Origin: Rhizodiscina lignyota
Taxonomy: Eukaryota
Direction: 5' to 3'
Length of the DNA: 64,000 nucleotides
NCBI GenBank assembly: GCA_010015805.1
Contig: ML978125.1
Span: 2,108,001-2,172,000, forward strand
Under the pieces are notes generated by a model. That model saw only the letters and a program-made list of their open reading frames with translations. It had not been told where the DNA came from and searched no databases. Positions 37,846 to 50,609 of the stretch are shown in pieces (the stretch's first letter is position 1; each line of letters opens with the position of its first letter). The position numbers and the translations under genes are program-made.

Positions 37846-38965
37846 TCACCAATTCCCACCGTTCTGACCATACGGTGTGGCTCCATACGGAGTCATGCCA
37901 CCTCCGCCCCATGCGCTCGCTCCACCCCTTTGATCGAACGGTGTCGTATAGCCACCTTGATCATAACCACCACTGGGGCCTTCTGGACTCCTCGGACCAA
38001 AGCCATCGCCGTTCGTTTCGGCCTGGTTGTCGCCGCCGGCGAGCTCTTGGATGACCCCTGCCAGCTTTTGTTGAAGCACTTTGATGCCCTGTTGCACAAT
38101 GACGTCCGGCTCTAGGCCTCCCACCGTCTCGACGTTGACATAAAAGGGGCCTGGCTGGCCATCCAGTGCTACACCTTCACCTTCTTGAGGCTGGTCTTCC
38201 CACTCTCCATTTCTGCTAACGGGCCTGAAGAGTGTCGTTAGAATAGACGAAAATGAGCAAGCAATGATATACTCACCATTCATCTTTCGCACTTTCCTCG
38301 TACCAGTAGTCCAGATGCTTGAGCTTGTTCCACGGGTCATACTCAAAGCCTACCGCCGCAGTCGGCGCCCACTTTGCGTGCTCTTTCGCGATGCCCTTCT
38401 TCGCAATGCACTTCATCTCAACTTCCTGACCTTTGGTCAATTTCAGGATCAGCGCCCCGTCCGGGTTATCGTCCTTGATCACCGGCACCCCAACCCACTC
38501 ATTTGCCCTCGGGTCCTGCGGCACCAAATCCCGCGCAAATACCCTCATAACACCGTCGCTTGTGCATCGCGCGTACAGGCTCAGTGTGACGCTGCAGTTC
38601 TCGCAGTACTGGTCGCAGTCGCAGTCGCGCGTGTACAGCACGTCGTCGACGCTCTTCGAGTTGAGTGGGATGAGGCCGAGGCGGTGGCAGATGAACTCGT
38701 CGGCGAGCACAGAGGTGTTCTTCTTCACTTCTACGAGATCGATGGCCATGGTCGGAATCTCAGACATAATGACGCGGCGGAGCGAGTTGGCGAAGGCGAG
38801 GTCGACATGGCGGAGGATGAAGTCTACGGCGGCGGGGCTTGCCTATGGAGGCGCAAGTGTCAGATAGCATTCGCGCACTGTGTGAGAGTAAAGAGATGTG
38901 CATACCTCTCTGATAGTGACCGTTGGCCCTGTATCCTCGCCGTCCATGGGTATGTCGTAGTCCAT
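37846..38965 (-). CDS. RPB3: RNA polymerase II subunit 3 (exons 38965-38906, 38842-38277, 38224-37846)
   Basis: LAFANSLRRVIMSEIPTMAIDLVEV, NTSVLADEFICHRLGLIPL, CDCDQYCENC, AKKGIAKEHAKWAPTAAVGFEYDP. Confidence 0.96.
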
Positions 38966-39312
38966 CTTGAAAGAAGTCGAGAGATGGCAAATGAAAACAG
39001 GAGCGAGAGAGAATGCGCACACCAGAGAAGATAGCAGTGACGAAGCGAGGTGTCAAAGAGTGGACTAAATGCACTTCCAAGGAAATGCGCCACTAAATAT
39101 GGAAGTGTTGAAGAAGTGGCTGAAGAGCGATTCTGGTGATGCGCCAGGCGCGCATCGAAGTTGAAGAGAAGCGCCAAGGATTTTGAACAATGATTTGGCC
39201 AGCCTATCGGCAACACCCGAAAATACGACGCTAGTACTAAATATGCATACGGTGGGCATTATCCGACTTTGGTCACCCTGTGTGAATCATCATTCCGAAG
39301 ATGATGCTGCGG

Positions 39313-39545
39313 CAAGTGGGTGACAAAAAAGTTGAGTCGTAGCTACAATATGTCGAACCGCGAGGATATATACCCTCACTAGTTTATATAGATTATACAC
39401 ACAACGCTGCACGTTTTAGATAAATACACTCCGGTATATATTTAATCGAGCCTTTAGAGATGCTCTTACTTCTGCTAAAGAATAAAACTTATTCTTACTG
39501 CAGCCGTTTAGTTAAAGCGGGCTCAACTATTTTGTCACCCGCGTG
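39313..39545 (-). mobile_element. MITE copy 3 (233 bp, subfamily b)
   Basis: Ends CAAGTGGGTGACAAAAAAGTTGAG ... CTCAACTATTTTGTCACCCGCGTG; perfect 5-bp TSD TGCGG (39308-39312 and 39546-39550). Confidence 0.93.
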
Positions 39546-42500
39546 TGCGGATATATCACATATATTAGAGCATGAGTTCAGACAACATCGGGCTATTCGT
39601 AGTTCCGTTGAACTTGTAGATTCAAGCTTGATCAGTAATATTTGAAGTGATCGAGGACCGGCGTCTCTCCGAGGAGCTCTTCAAGTGGACTCCGTTGAGT
39701 GGATCTGGCTCCAGGTCAAAGATTCTAGAATGGATCGACAAGCTTACAAGAAGAACGGACGACATGCTTTGTACTGCCTGATCTGCTCTATGATAGCACG
39801 GAGCATCTTTTATTCCCGCGAAATGCGTGGCAGTGATCTTCAACTGCCCAGTTATCAGAGGTTCAGATGAGAGAGATTCATACGCGCCTCGGAATCCAAT
39901 TGCTCATCGCAGCATGGGGTGCATTTTAGTAGAAGAAATATGACCTCCAATTCGATCGTTAGTGAAGGCGAGTAAGATTCTCATCGTTTGCTCCTAAAAC
40001 CACTCGAAGCGAAGAAAACGGACATCCTGGTGTCTCAGACGACAACGCCCTTCGAACTCCAACAATGTACGACAAGTCTGCTAAGACTGCACCCCAGCAA
40101 GCAGGGCGGGACGATGGAATCAGGGATGGTTGCTTTTGATGTCTCTTAGAATTGCTTCTGGTCAGCGATATTCGCCATTCGCCACATGTAGACTAGCGAA
40201 TCGCAGACTTCCAGGCTGACGAGAAAGGAGCGCGAAGTTACAATAATACATCAGCACGCCGAGGTGACATGGGCAACCGTTTAGCGACCTCGCCCAACAG
40301 GCCACTGGTTGATTCCGCTGAGTGTGAGCGGAGACAAGGTGGTTGCCAGAATCGCTCCCGATAAGGCTGACGGTCAGTCAATTTGAGCTAGGCCGCCCGC
40401 AGGTTTTGGCCCAGAAACCTGGTACTTCTTTTTTTTTGGGTTCTCGATGACCCTGGTGCGGGCCAATGTCTGCATGTCAGAACTTTAACTGTGAGCTCGG
40501 ATTTAACATCGTAATGGCCGCACCACAGTATAAGCCGGGCCTTACAATGTCCCTGAGCCCGCGGCATCGACTCACGAATGCTCTGAAAGACGATTGCGAC
40601 AGGACATTAAAGAAATTTCGTAAAATCACAAGCGAGGCACAGATAGGGGTGTGAGCGAACGAAAGCGACAAAAATTTAGAGATCATAGTCATGATTAGAA
40701 GAATGTGAACTCAAAATGTCAATAATCTTACCAGATTCTAGGGACTGGGGCGCCTGCGGCCGCAGTTAACGGCGAAAGGCCGGTGATCCATAATCCCACG
40801 GGGAAGCACGGTGGAACATGGAGGCCGAATCAAAGTCGCCGAAGCTGTAGACGACGGCACAAATGGTCGATGGAAGCTGCGAAGAAGCTAGCTTCCGCGA
40901 GCGAACGAGACCTGTAATAACGCCCCTTTTCCGTGACAACGAGAAGTAAAACTTCCAAGGCAGGGTTGGTAAGCTGCTCCCCAACAACCTCGAATGCGAC
41001 TTTACTAGCGCAAGGAAGCTTCTTAGAAGTGCTAGGGGCAACTTTAAAAGAGCGGCTCCGCACATTGCTCGCTCGCTGGAAAACAGCTCATTTGTAACTG
41101 AACAGGTCTCATATGCAGGCGAAGATCCTGGGAGCATACTTGTTCGACTCGAAGGAATCTCAACGCTACACACCTCGGTAATGGCGAGGCCAACCTACAA
41201 GATTGATTCCAATTGAACACTGTGCAGTTTGACAAATGAGAATGATCTTCTGGCCCCGGATATGAAAAGAACGTGAAAGCAAGAAATAGAACATCAATCC
41301 GAGCATATTTTCTTGAGAGCGGGAAAGAAATCGCGATGTCTTCGGTCCGATCATCATCCTGCAAACTCGTCAATAATTCTAGATGTCTTATTGGCTTGAT
41401 GTGGCTTTAGACACATAAGCCAGAGGCGAAAGGCGCCATTCTGGACATCAGAATATTCTGCGGATCAGGTGTGGCTGCCTCGTGATTATGTGAGCGTAGA
41501 ATATGAGGAATCAAACTTGATTTGACAATGCGAAGGCGCTTGTGTGGCAGTATTAGACGATTAATAACTTGAGGAAAGTTCAAATTGCTCCACCCTTCAT
41601 GGCTGAGACGGAGGACGGTTGATAGTATGATTAAATGTAAACCCGAATTTGTGAAGCTTGAAAAGTTGTACCATTACCTATTCTCGATAGCCGCGGCTAC
41701 GCATTTTCCTGAAAAAGGACTGCACCGGGTGGTCTGACATAACCGCTTTGTAAATGGTTGGCAAGGCAGAATGAGTACGTCGCAGAGCCTGATTGGCACG
41801 TTCTAATAAGGGTCCAACAGGTAAGGCTCTCAATTGGGAGGGGATCCCAGATCATGGAACTCTCTAGTTTTTGGTTCAGTTGAGAGACTTGCAGACTGCA
41901 CTTTGTAATTAGCTTCGGCATGGTTGCCGATATGAAAAGGCTGCATGCTTGACTATGTGGGAAATGATAGATAATTACTGATTGTTGCTGATTGTTGATT
42001 CCTTTAAGAGGTGTGAGAATTTTGCATTCCGGCCGAGTTAGGCCAAGATAACATGCTGTCTTTGTCAAGAGTTCTTTCCTCATTTGGCAATAGTATGTGA
42101 CGGACGGAGTCAGAGAGGTTTTGATTAGGCAGCACTTGAAGGACGGTACATACAGGTACATGCGCTCCTGGAATGTCCTTGATATGCCCAAAGAGGGCGC
42201 CAGTTCTGGCTGTCAGTAATCGAGACCCCAATCTAATCTGACCAAGCATATCCACGGAGACCGTTGAAGAGCAGGTAGGTATTCGAATGAAAGCAGCTCG
42301 GCGAAGTTTGAAGGCAGCTCGCGCCAAGAGCATTGAATGACTGTAGCGCGAATACGATATCCTAATTCAGCTCTCCACTGAGATGAAGTTGTCAGTAGCT
42401 CTCGAACGGTCTCGTCGCTTGCTCGGAGTTCGGGCCAACGTTTTTCGCACTCTTTCGGAGGTGTGCTCACGCTTTTCCCAATCCTCGGCCGAGGCTAACG

Positions 42501-44094
42501 TTATGCACGTCGCGTCGGGTTGCTGCCTTGTCCGTTGTCTGCGAAGAAGAAAGAGAGCAACTGTAGAAGATTCCGACGACAAAATGCGGCCGCTACTATA
42601 TCCCGGATCATTAATTGAAGGGACTCGCGCGAGGTTTGACCACGGCGGACCAAATGCGGCCTACAGCTTGCTAAGCTAACGATTTGTAACAAGAGGCCCT
42701 GTTACTTTGGGATTCAATTCCGCAAGCCGCTATTGCTTGAAGCGGAAAAGTTTCCAAGGGTAAGGTCAGTAAGCAAACGTATGTAGTTGTCAATAGAGTT
42801 GCGTGTCGCTGCGAGAAGCGACTCTGGGAGACATGCTAGGCGCATAATGTAATGAATAATGACTGCAAGTTGGAAAAGCGCATACGATATGGCGGTCACT
42901 CGGCGCCGCAATCTGCCTTGCGAACAGAGAGTGGTCTCCAAGCGCATGGCGGAAGGGTTCCCGTATTGGCGACAAGATTTTCCCAAGGCATGGCGAAGAG
43001 AATGCGAGTGCGAGCGCGCTTGGTGGCTGGGAGGCCTGAGGTACTTGTCGATACGAGGCCCATCCATCGCGCGCACGAAGGAAATAGCAGTGGACTTCGA
43101 ATGAGGCATGCTCTGCGCAGCGGTCGTTGACGTCAGATCGTTTATCGGTGTTAAGGTGTTAAGGTAAATTAACGCGGCTCTCTGGACATTCCTCGCACCG
43201 CCATCAAACGGCCGAGACGGCGTAGGCGGGCTGGTGGATTACTGGAGCTCTGTCAAGCACTTTCGGGGCAATTGCATGGGCCCGTTCACAAAAGCGCGCA
43301 CGCCGCACCGGAAGACCGAGCAGGCGAGGCGCATCCGAGTTCCGCTTCCGTTCGCGTGTGGAGTGAGGTGAGTCGAAGTGCAGTCAAGTGACGATCGCAG
43401 CCTCGGCGACCATGCCACGGATGCCTCGAGCGGTCCTGATTTCAAACTTTGTGTCCTGAGAGGCGTGAAAAGTAATAGAGACAGCGTGGTTCGCGTGGGG
43501 ACGACGAGATCAGTCAACGGCGCGGCGGCCGTCCTCGCTTTCTCGTCGGGCCTGTACGAAGGAATGTGCAGAAAGCCTGTCAGGAGGCTTTGCTCGTCCG
43601 CATAGGGTATTCTTCGCGGACGCGCAACGAGAGAAGCAATTTAGGGCGCGCTGAATTCGCAATCCACCCCTCCGCATTGGCTTGTCCGCCGTGTGGTGGT
43701 TGCTCTTTAGCGTTCTGGCGCGAGTGGAGCTAAGAAAAAGAATGGGGACCATGCGCGAAACAGGGTGATCCTGGACGGCACAGCAGGGACATCATTTGGA
43801 CCGAGCTGCGAGGCCCATAATGCAATACCTAACGCTGAGTGATGAATGCGTGTTGAATACACATCATACGTGCCAATCGCGCTCCGTGACGGAGCAGCTT
43901 GGTCATACCTAGCTCCGCTCTCAGAATATAATGACCTGCACCCCAGCCCTCATGCCACCAGTCCACCTGGCTCGGCGCGTATTTGTTCCACACAACCTAC
44001 TCGCAGATAATTGTGTGTGATATTACCATTTACCAAGGCCTCCTACTCTTACTGGCTGCCCTCGTATTGGACTTCTCACATTCACATACCGACA

Positions 44095-45118
44095 ATGTCG
44101 ACTCCACAGCGCTCTGCGAGTGAGGCGGATAGCAATATACGGAAGAGAGTGTGTAAAGCTTGCGATCGATGTCGTCTGAAGAAATCAAAGGTATGGGTTT
44201 GAATCAGCAAACTACCAAGGTCGAGGCCTAATAAATTCTAGTGTGATGGCGCGAGCCCTTGCAGCAGATGTAGAGCAGACAATGCCATCTGCGTTTTTGG
44301 AGAGAGGAAGAAGTCGCATGACAAAGTCTATCCCAAAGGGTAAGACCTCGCAGACGGGTTATATAAATATAAATGGCTAATTTATATGGCAATGTAGTTA
44401 TGTCGAGATGCTTGAGCAACAGCAGTCGCAACTTGTTGCCGGCCTTCGAGAACTGTACCGTCGCCTAAACGCGGGCGAGAGTTGGCCTGGCGCCGCCTTG
44501 CCAGATGCCTCGAATGGCCAGCCTCTCACTCATGACATCTTGGAGCGCCTGGACCTCCTCCATATGCAGACTGAGAACCATGGAATGACCGATGGATTTG
44601 AGGAGGACACGGAAGCTATGCAGCGCCGATTGATCGAGTCTGGCGCATCACTCGTCCGCCGAAGGGGTTCAATAAGTTCCAACTCCGACCACAGCCACGA
44701 CCACGACCATCACTCTCCGCTGTCCTACGACACACCATCTTCGGCGCGCTCATCGCAGTTCAGTGAGGCCTTCCCTGGACACCGCGCGCCGCCAACACCT
44801 CCCATGAGCAACAGCCCATTCTCAAGACCGTCGCAGTTGCACACCGTCAAGCCAGTTGGCACAACCTTCCCTCCAATGATGCAGTCTGGCATGGAAGCCC
44901 CGAGCTTCATGCGCCCGTCGTGGTCATCCCAGTCGCCAGCCATCGTCAATGATGACGGTATGGATTTCATGACCTACGAGTCGCCAATGAGCTACGACCC
45001 GATGATGTACCCTGCCTTCGGCAGCACGCAGGCGCCGCTCGCGAATCAAGTGCCAATCACAGACTGGAACGATCCCATAGACATGGATTTCAGCAACTTC
45101 ATTGCGACAACCACATGA
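44095..45118 (+). CDS. Zn(II)2Cys6 transcription factor, Fcr1-like (exons 44095-44190, 44242-44339, 44398-45118)
   Basis: RKRVCKACDRCRLKKSK|CDGASPCSRCRADNAICVFGERKKSHDKVYPKG|YVEMLEQQQSQLVAGLRELYRR, PLTHDILERL. Confidence 0.9.
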
Positions 45119-46369
45119 AGGAGAACGTCATAGACGTGAACGAGATTCAACTTCGACCAGGGCCATTGATGGACCCTGTCTAGTCACGCCTCTGCTTCTG
45201 CTCCGGTGTGCAGCCAGCAGAGAGGAACATATGATACCCCTACTGCATTACAGCGTTTGAGCGGTTTAATCGGGTTAAGGGTAACGGTCGTTGGAACATC
45301 ATGATGGCTGGCGCAAACTCGGGCTTGGGGATGTGATGGCGTTTCATGATTGGGTGGGCAAGAGAAATCGGTGTCGGCAATCTCGGTTCGGGGTGTTGGC
45401 GGGCTTTGTCATTTGAAAAGTCTTCCGCTCCGAGGCGTTTCTGCAGAGATTCTACCTAATGCTGACGTCCGATTGCTTGATTGTATTGTATGATTAATAG
45501 TGACGCGATGCAGGGTATCGCGTTAGGAGAACCTTACTCTCACGAGATGTTTCCGAGATAACTAAGTTCTGAGCACCCTTTGCCGAGGATAGTGTAATAT
45601 CGTCTAATCCTCAACAATCATTTTCTGCTCGCATCAGACTTGCCTATCGGGGAGCGTGGTGCATCTGGACGTAGAATTATGGGACGGAGAGCTTTGCCAC
45701 CCGTGGTCTCGCAATACTACCGAACCAGAATGGAATAGTATTATATGACTTTGACAAAAACGGGTCATAAGACACTAGACGAAATCTCTAAAAGCCGCAA
45801 TATAATCTCATACGCACGAAAGGCTGATGTTTTAGTGAACAAGATCTTCCGCCGCGGAGACTGTTCGGTCCTCGCAATTTGCGCCCTGCTGGTGGCTTGT
45901 GGGAGATCCTCCACGCGCGCCCCTTCGCCTCATCAACAACTTCTCCAATTCTACTCGAACAGCATTGCAAGATTTCGCTGCGCCATATGGAATGATGTAG
46001 TCAAGATTCAGCCGCACTGTGCTACAGCCGCGATCTCGTGGGTAGATCGTTACCACTTAGGCTAATTGCATAGCTCGTAGCTGTCTATTTATTTCTTCCG
46101 GTAGGTGATGTGTATGTAGAGACGCGTCTGCTGTGTCGCATCTACGACAGTGGTATGCGCATTCCAGCTTCAACTCATCGACTCTTCGCCACGTCAGTCC
46201 GACCTCAATCGCAGTTGTCAGTGCCCCGTTTTCGTGGTCGTGGCACCTGTCAAAGTCGGGCTCGCACTTTGCTGCTGATGCTGATAGCTGCAGGAGTATC
46301 GCTCGTACCGCAGGCATCAGCCCTACTGGAGACCGCCTGCGTCGACAAAGTCTCCGACCACTGCCCAAC

Positions 46370-47431
46370 ATGTCATCGTCGTTTAGCACTGCCTCGAACG
46401 TCGCGTTCCTTCCACTTGGCGCCATTCTCCAAGAGTTCAAGATTGGTGGCCGCAACATCGTGCAGAACTTCCCCACAGCTGAGCTCTATGCCAAGTACAA
46501 CAACCCTTTTTTCGGTGAGACTATCGGACGCGTGGCGAATCGCATCTCAGGAGCCAAAATCGACAGGCTGAACGGTCAATCGTATGCCCTAGTCCAGAAC
46601 AACGGACCAAATTCTCTCCATGGCGGCGAGCTGGGGTTTGGGAAGCGGGAATTCGACGGTCCGACGCCATTGCTGAGAAATGGCAAGGAATCGGTTTTGT
46701 TCAAGTATCTCAGCCCTGATGGAGACCAAGGCTATCCTGGAGCCTTGGAGTTGAGAGTGTGGTACACGGCGAGCATGGAAGGGGAGAAGACTGTGCTCGA
46801 GATGGAGTATGAGGCGGAGCTGGTGGGAGACGACAATGTCAACGAAACTGTCGTTGGCATCACAAATCACAGGTAGGTGTGACTGGCTTGTGTTGTGGAG
46901 CTTAATTAACGATTTGACAGCTATTTCAACTTAGCGAATACGCCGACCATTGCTGGAACAGTTTTCAAGCTCGCCACCAACCTGTATCAAGAAGTCGATT
47001 CAACTGGTATTCCAACCGGACCAATTAAGCCTTTCCCGGGGATTAAAGAGAACACTGAGTATGTGATTGGTGAGACGGAGCCTGACATCGATGACTGTTT
47101 CATCCTGAATACGGATCCGTCGTCCATTCCAGTAGACACTCGCTCGCTCCCACTCCAAACTCTCGCGTCATTCAAGGAGAGTCAGGATGGAGGCGTCCAT
47201 CTGGAAGTGCTCAGTACAGAGCCTGCTTTCCAATTCTACCTTGGCAAGTTCATCAATGTGCCAGCAGTTCCAGAGGCAGGATTACCGGCCAGGGGACCGA
47301 GAAGTGGATTCTGCGTCGAGCCAAGCAGATATGTGAACGCTGTGAACATTGATGAATACCGACCAATGGTGGCATTGAAGAGAGGAGAGAAATGGGGAAG
47401 CAAGATTGTATACAAAGGCTGGGTAGCTTGA
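46370..47431 (+). CDS. Aldose 1-epimerase / galactose mutarotase (exons 46370-46872, 46921-47431)
   Basis: FFGETIGRVANRISGA, NNGPNSLHGG, DGDQGYPG, TNHS|YFNL, TEPAFQFYLG, SGFCVEP. Confidence 0.93.
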
Positions 47432-50400
47432 TTGCTGGTCGCCATCGGATTGCTTCTAGTCCATTGGACAACATTGAGTGTGACCAAATAGGAAGTCGAA
47501 CAAGGGTAATATAAAAGACCACTGCTCTTCCACTCGTGTGAGAGCATGTCTGAAACCTTCATTTAACGTCGTCTAGATAGCATCTATTGATAATGGATAG
47601 CTTCCACGCACATCATCTATATTGACTAAAGAGAATATGCTACCAGAGGGACCGATATTCGTAGCCCTGGCTCAACTTCCTCTGGCACTCTCGAGCCAAC
47701 TTCACTTGCATCGTGTGCTTCACCGCAAAAATGTTCAAATGACTATGGTCTTCTAATGCCGTCCCCCGACATGAGGGAATTCAACCAGGTTTGCAGACTT
47801 CTCCTCCTTTTCCCCGGCAGTACACGTCGCTGTCTCCGCCTCCGCATTCATGCGGCTCTGACGGCATGGAAGACTTGAGGAAATTAAGGTCATGAGGATC
47901 AGCTTCATCTGCATTGTGATGAAGCTTAACGCCCGACTGTAAAGAATGAATGAAATATCTCCCTATAATGCATTCAATGAATTCAGGAGCACCCCTTTTT
48001 CATCCGCGGAGAGTGCTCGGAGCTCGCTCTGCTCGCGCTGCTCGCGCTAGAGCACTCCACCATTTGTCCGATACGGCGATGCAGCGAGAGCCTCATGCAG
48101 TTGTTTTCTCATTGCCCGAGCCGACTGGCAGATACATTAGAATGCTGTCCGTCATAACCGGATTCTGGACGCTATCACCGACATTTCGTGGATGTTAAAT
48201 TGCATAACGGAGTCACCTGGCGCAAAGCTTTGATATCACGTTAACTTCATACAGCAACTTGAGGTATTTTCCCCCAAACGCCCTGGTGCGCCAAGATAGT
48301 CGCCACATTGCTCCGTCGCGGACGAGATCCCTCCCGCACCCGACGAAGCCACAGGGGACGTATCCCAATCAGGCATACGACCCTCAGTCGGCCAGCGGAA
48401 TTCTTCATTTCCATGGAAAGGCCCCGTTACCGGGCCGCTCGTGAAGTCCGAATAGCGAACAACAAGGCGAGGATCAAGAGAGGGTTCGTCGATGTGCCGG
48501 AATCCGAGAGATTTTCGTTGGTCGAGCGGCCGCCCAAAAGGGCACTACCCTTGCAACAGCCTAATAGCTGGCGTCGTGGGATAGAGCCTTTCTGAGTGAA
48601 GGTGTCTTGGTAATTCACTTCCAAAAATCCAAGTAGGTACAGTTGTGGTACGCACTCCAGATGCACTCGATCGAGATCAAAAGAATTGATTCTGGAGGAA
48701 TTGGGGCTGCTGAATTTAACCTCTCCCTCCGGCGGAGAGTCAAAGTCATAATTTCATGTCCGTTCGGGCTTTAAAATCCAAGTGTGCGGTATGGGTTGCA
48801 CGCGTATCTCACTTGACAGCGGGAAGATCAACGCCTCACCACCACGCACGTTGTGGCTTACAAGTCGCACCCAAATCACAGCTCGGGTACAAGCGATCAA
48901 ACCTTATCCTGCAGGATGTACGATGTCGATCTGGGTTCAAGATACTCCAGTCTCCCAGTCTTCTTTTCTTTCCTTCTTCGCTGACTCTCCACCAGGGTGA
49001 GGCTCAAATCGATTGCACCAATTGTTGCACGCCAACCCTTCCACCTTAGAAACCAGCACGTAGATCACACATTCGCGATATCACCCCGTCTCACTTTTCG
49101 TGGTCCGAAATTTTGATCCTGATACGCCTGCAATGCGACCTTTGCCAATATGCAAAGTGCGCAGAATACCAAGGAAATGATCCAACGACCACTGTAACTC
49201 ACAGGACGAATACGACTGGGACACGTGTGACAATGATAGTATCGTTTGCTACACTTACTAAACTTCAATCAGCTATTCATGGCACCAACGAATACCCATA
49301 CGACAAACGAGTGCGAAGCACCACCAAAAACCATCCGCATATTAGTATTACCCGACGGAGAGTATCGATAATCGCCTTGGTCTGCTGTGAGACTCGGCAA
49401 GTTGCTGTCAGCATGCTTGTTTGTAAGAGCAGGTTTAGCTAAGGGACCGGTGTGCTTACCTCATGGCGTACAACCGTCTCGAAAGAGGCGCAAGTCAAGG
49501 ATTGCGAGAAGTGGCTCCACTATTGCAGATCTGGAGATGCAAGCTGCGGACGCTCATCTCGGTTCGTTTGGGTGCACTATCCGTTGAGCTTCATGTGATA
49601 ATATCCGGGGAAATTTTAGGATTTGAAGGGGTCGAAATTGTTGATCTTCCATCCTCTCTCCATGGACATCTGTGTCTTCATGCTGAAGCGAGTGAGATAT
49701 TGCAGTCCTTCGGCACCGAATGATGCGCTTGAGCAGCAAGGTGCCATCCCACGCAAAAAGCCATGGGGGAGGGGCTCGTTAACCGTCACCCTTCTATGCA
49801 ACCACCAACGTCCAAGCGTAGGGTAGCCTCTGAGGTGCAGCTATCTCTCAGCCATGTTGTAGGTAAATTCGTTTTCGTGTTATCGGGTAATTCAAATCTC
49901 TTCGTTTCCGAAATACTACTACTCTATTCCTGTGTCCATGAACTCGCTGGTCGCGCATCCTTCAACACCACTACCCCTCCGACTGGAGAGTTTCTGATCC
50001 CTCTAGCAACTGGAACGGACTATCCTCCACAGTTCGACCGACGTTGGAGGCGTGATGGCCACGAGGAAATGACGTCGTTTGCATCGCCCGCAGCATTTAA
50101 GCTCTGCAGAGGCGATCGGTAGTGAAGATACGAGCGTCTATTGTGGAGCCGCATCATCTTGTAGATCCTCCGTTCGCGACTGAGTCTGTAAGTCTCGGCT
50201 TCTAGCTTTCGAATGCGCTTCTCGACAGCCTACTCTACCTACGAACTATGATGCTTTGAGCGTGGAGCCGTCCCCGCTCTAATTGTCCCGCGGCAGAGCT
50301 TCCATACCAAGACATGGAGTCCTTTTCAACATGCCTTTCCCTATCCAGAGATAGCAATTATTCAAATTCCGATTGCTATTACGCTCTCGCCGAATTCAGT

Positions 50401-50609
50401 ACTTGCGACGAACAGCTAGCAGACGTTGATTTTGAGTTTGATAGCTCAGTGGCAAATGTCATGCATTACTGCACACGGACAGTACATCCAGGTCCACATA
50501 CATGAACACGTTTATTGGCTAATATCCTGCTTCCTTGCAAATTTCTGCAAGCCTTTTCCGCTACATTCCTATGCGTACCTCGACAATCTTCGTTACGCTT
50601 CATCTTCGT

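Noticed and set aside
39045..39284. TIR-like pair ggtgtcaaagagtgga ... tttggtcaccctgtgtg about 236 bp apart next to MITE 3
   Set aside because: The interior has no similarity to the family, there is no TSD, and the region looks like the RPB3 5' leader.
46133..46369. 79-codon in-frame open stretch upstream of the mutarotase ATG
   Set aside because: Starts at GTG; homology begins after the ATG at 46370 (caacATG context); no evidence for non-AUG initiation.
44095..47431. Possible GAL-type cluster (Zn2Cys6 factor plus mutarotase)
   Set aside because: No galactokinase, uridylyltransferase or UDP-glucose 4-epimerase nearby; the factor resembles Fcr1-type rather than Gal4-type proteins.
48374..48400. 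catacgacc resembling the 5' end of fungal 5S rRNA
   Set aside because: Similarity stops after 9 nt.
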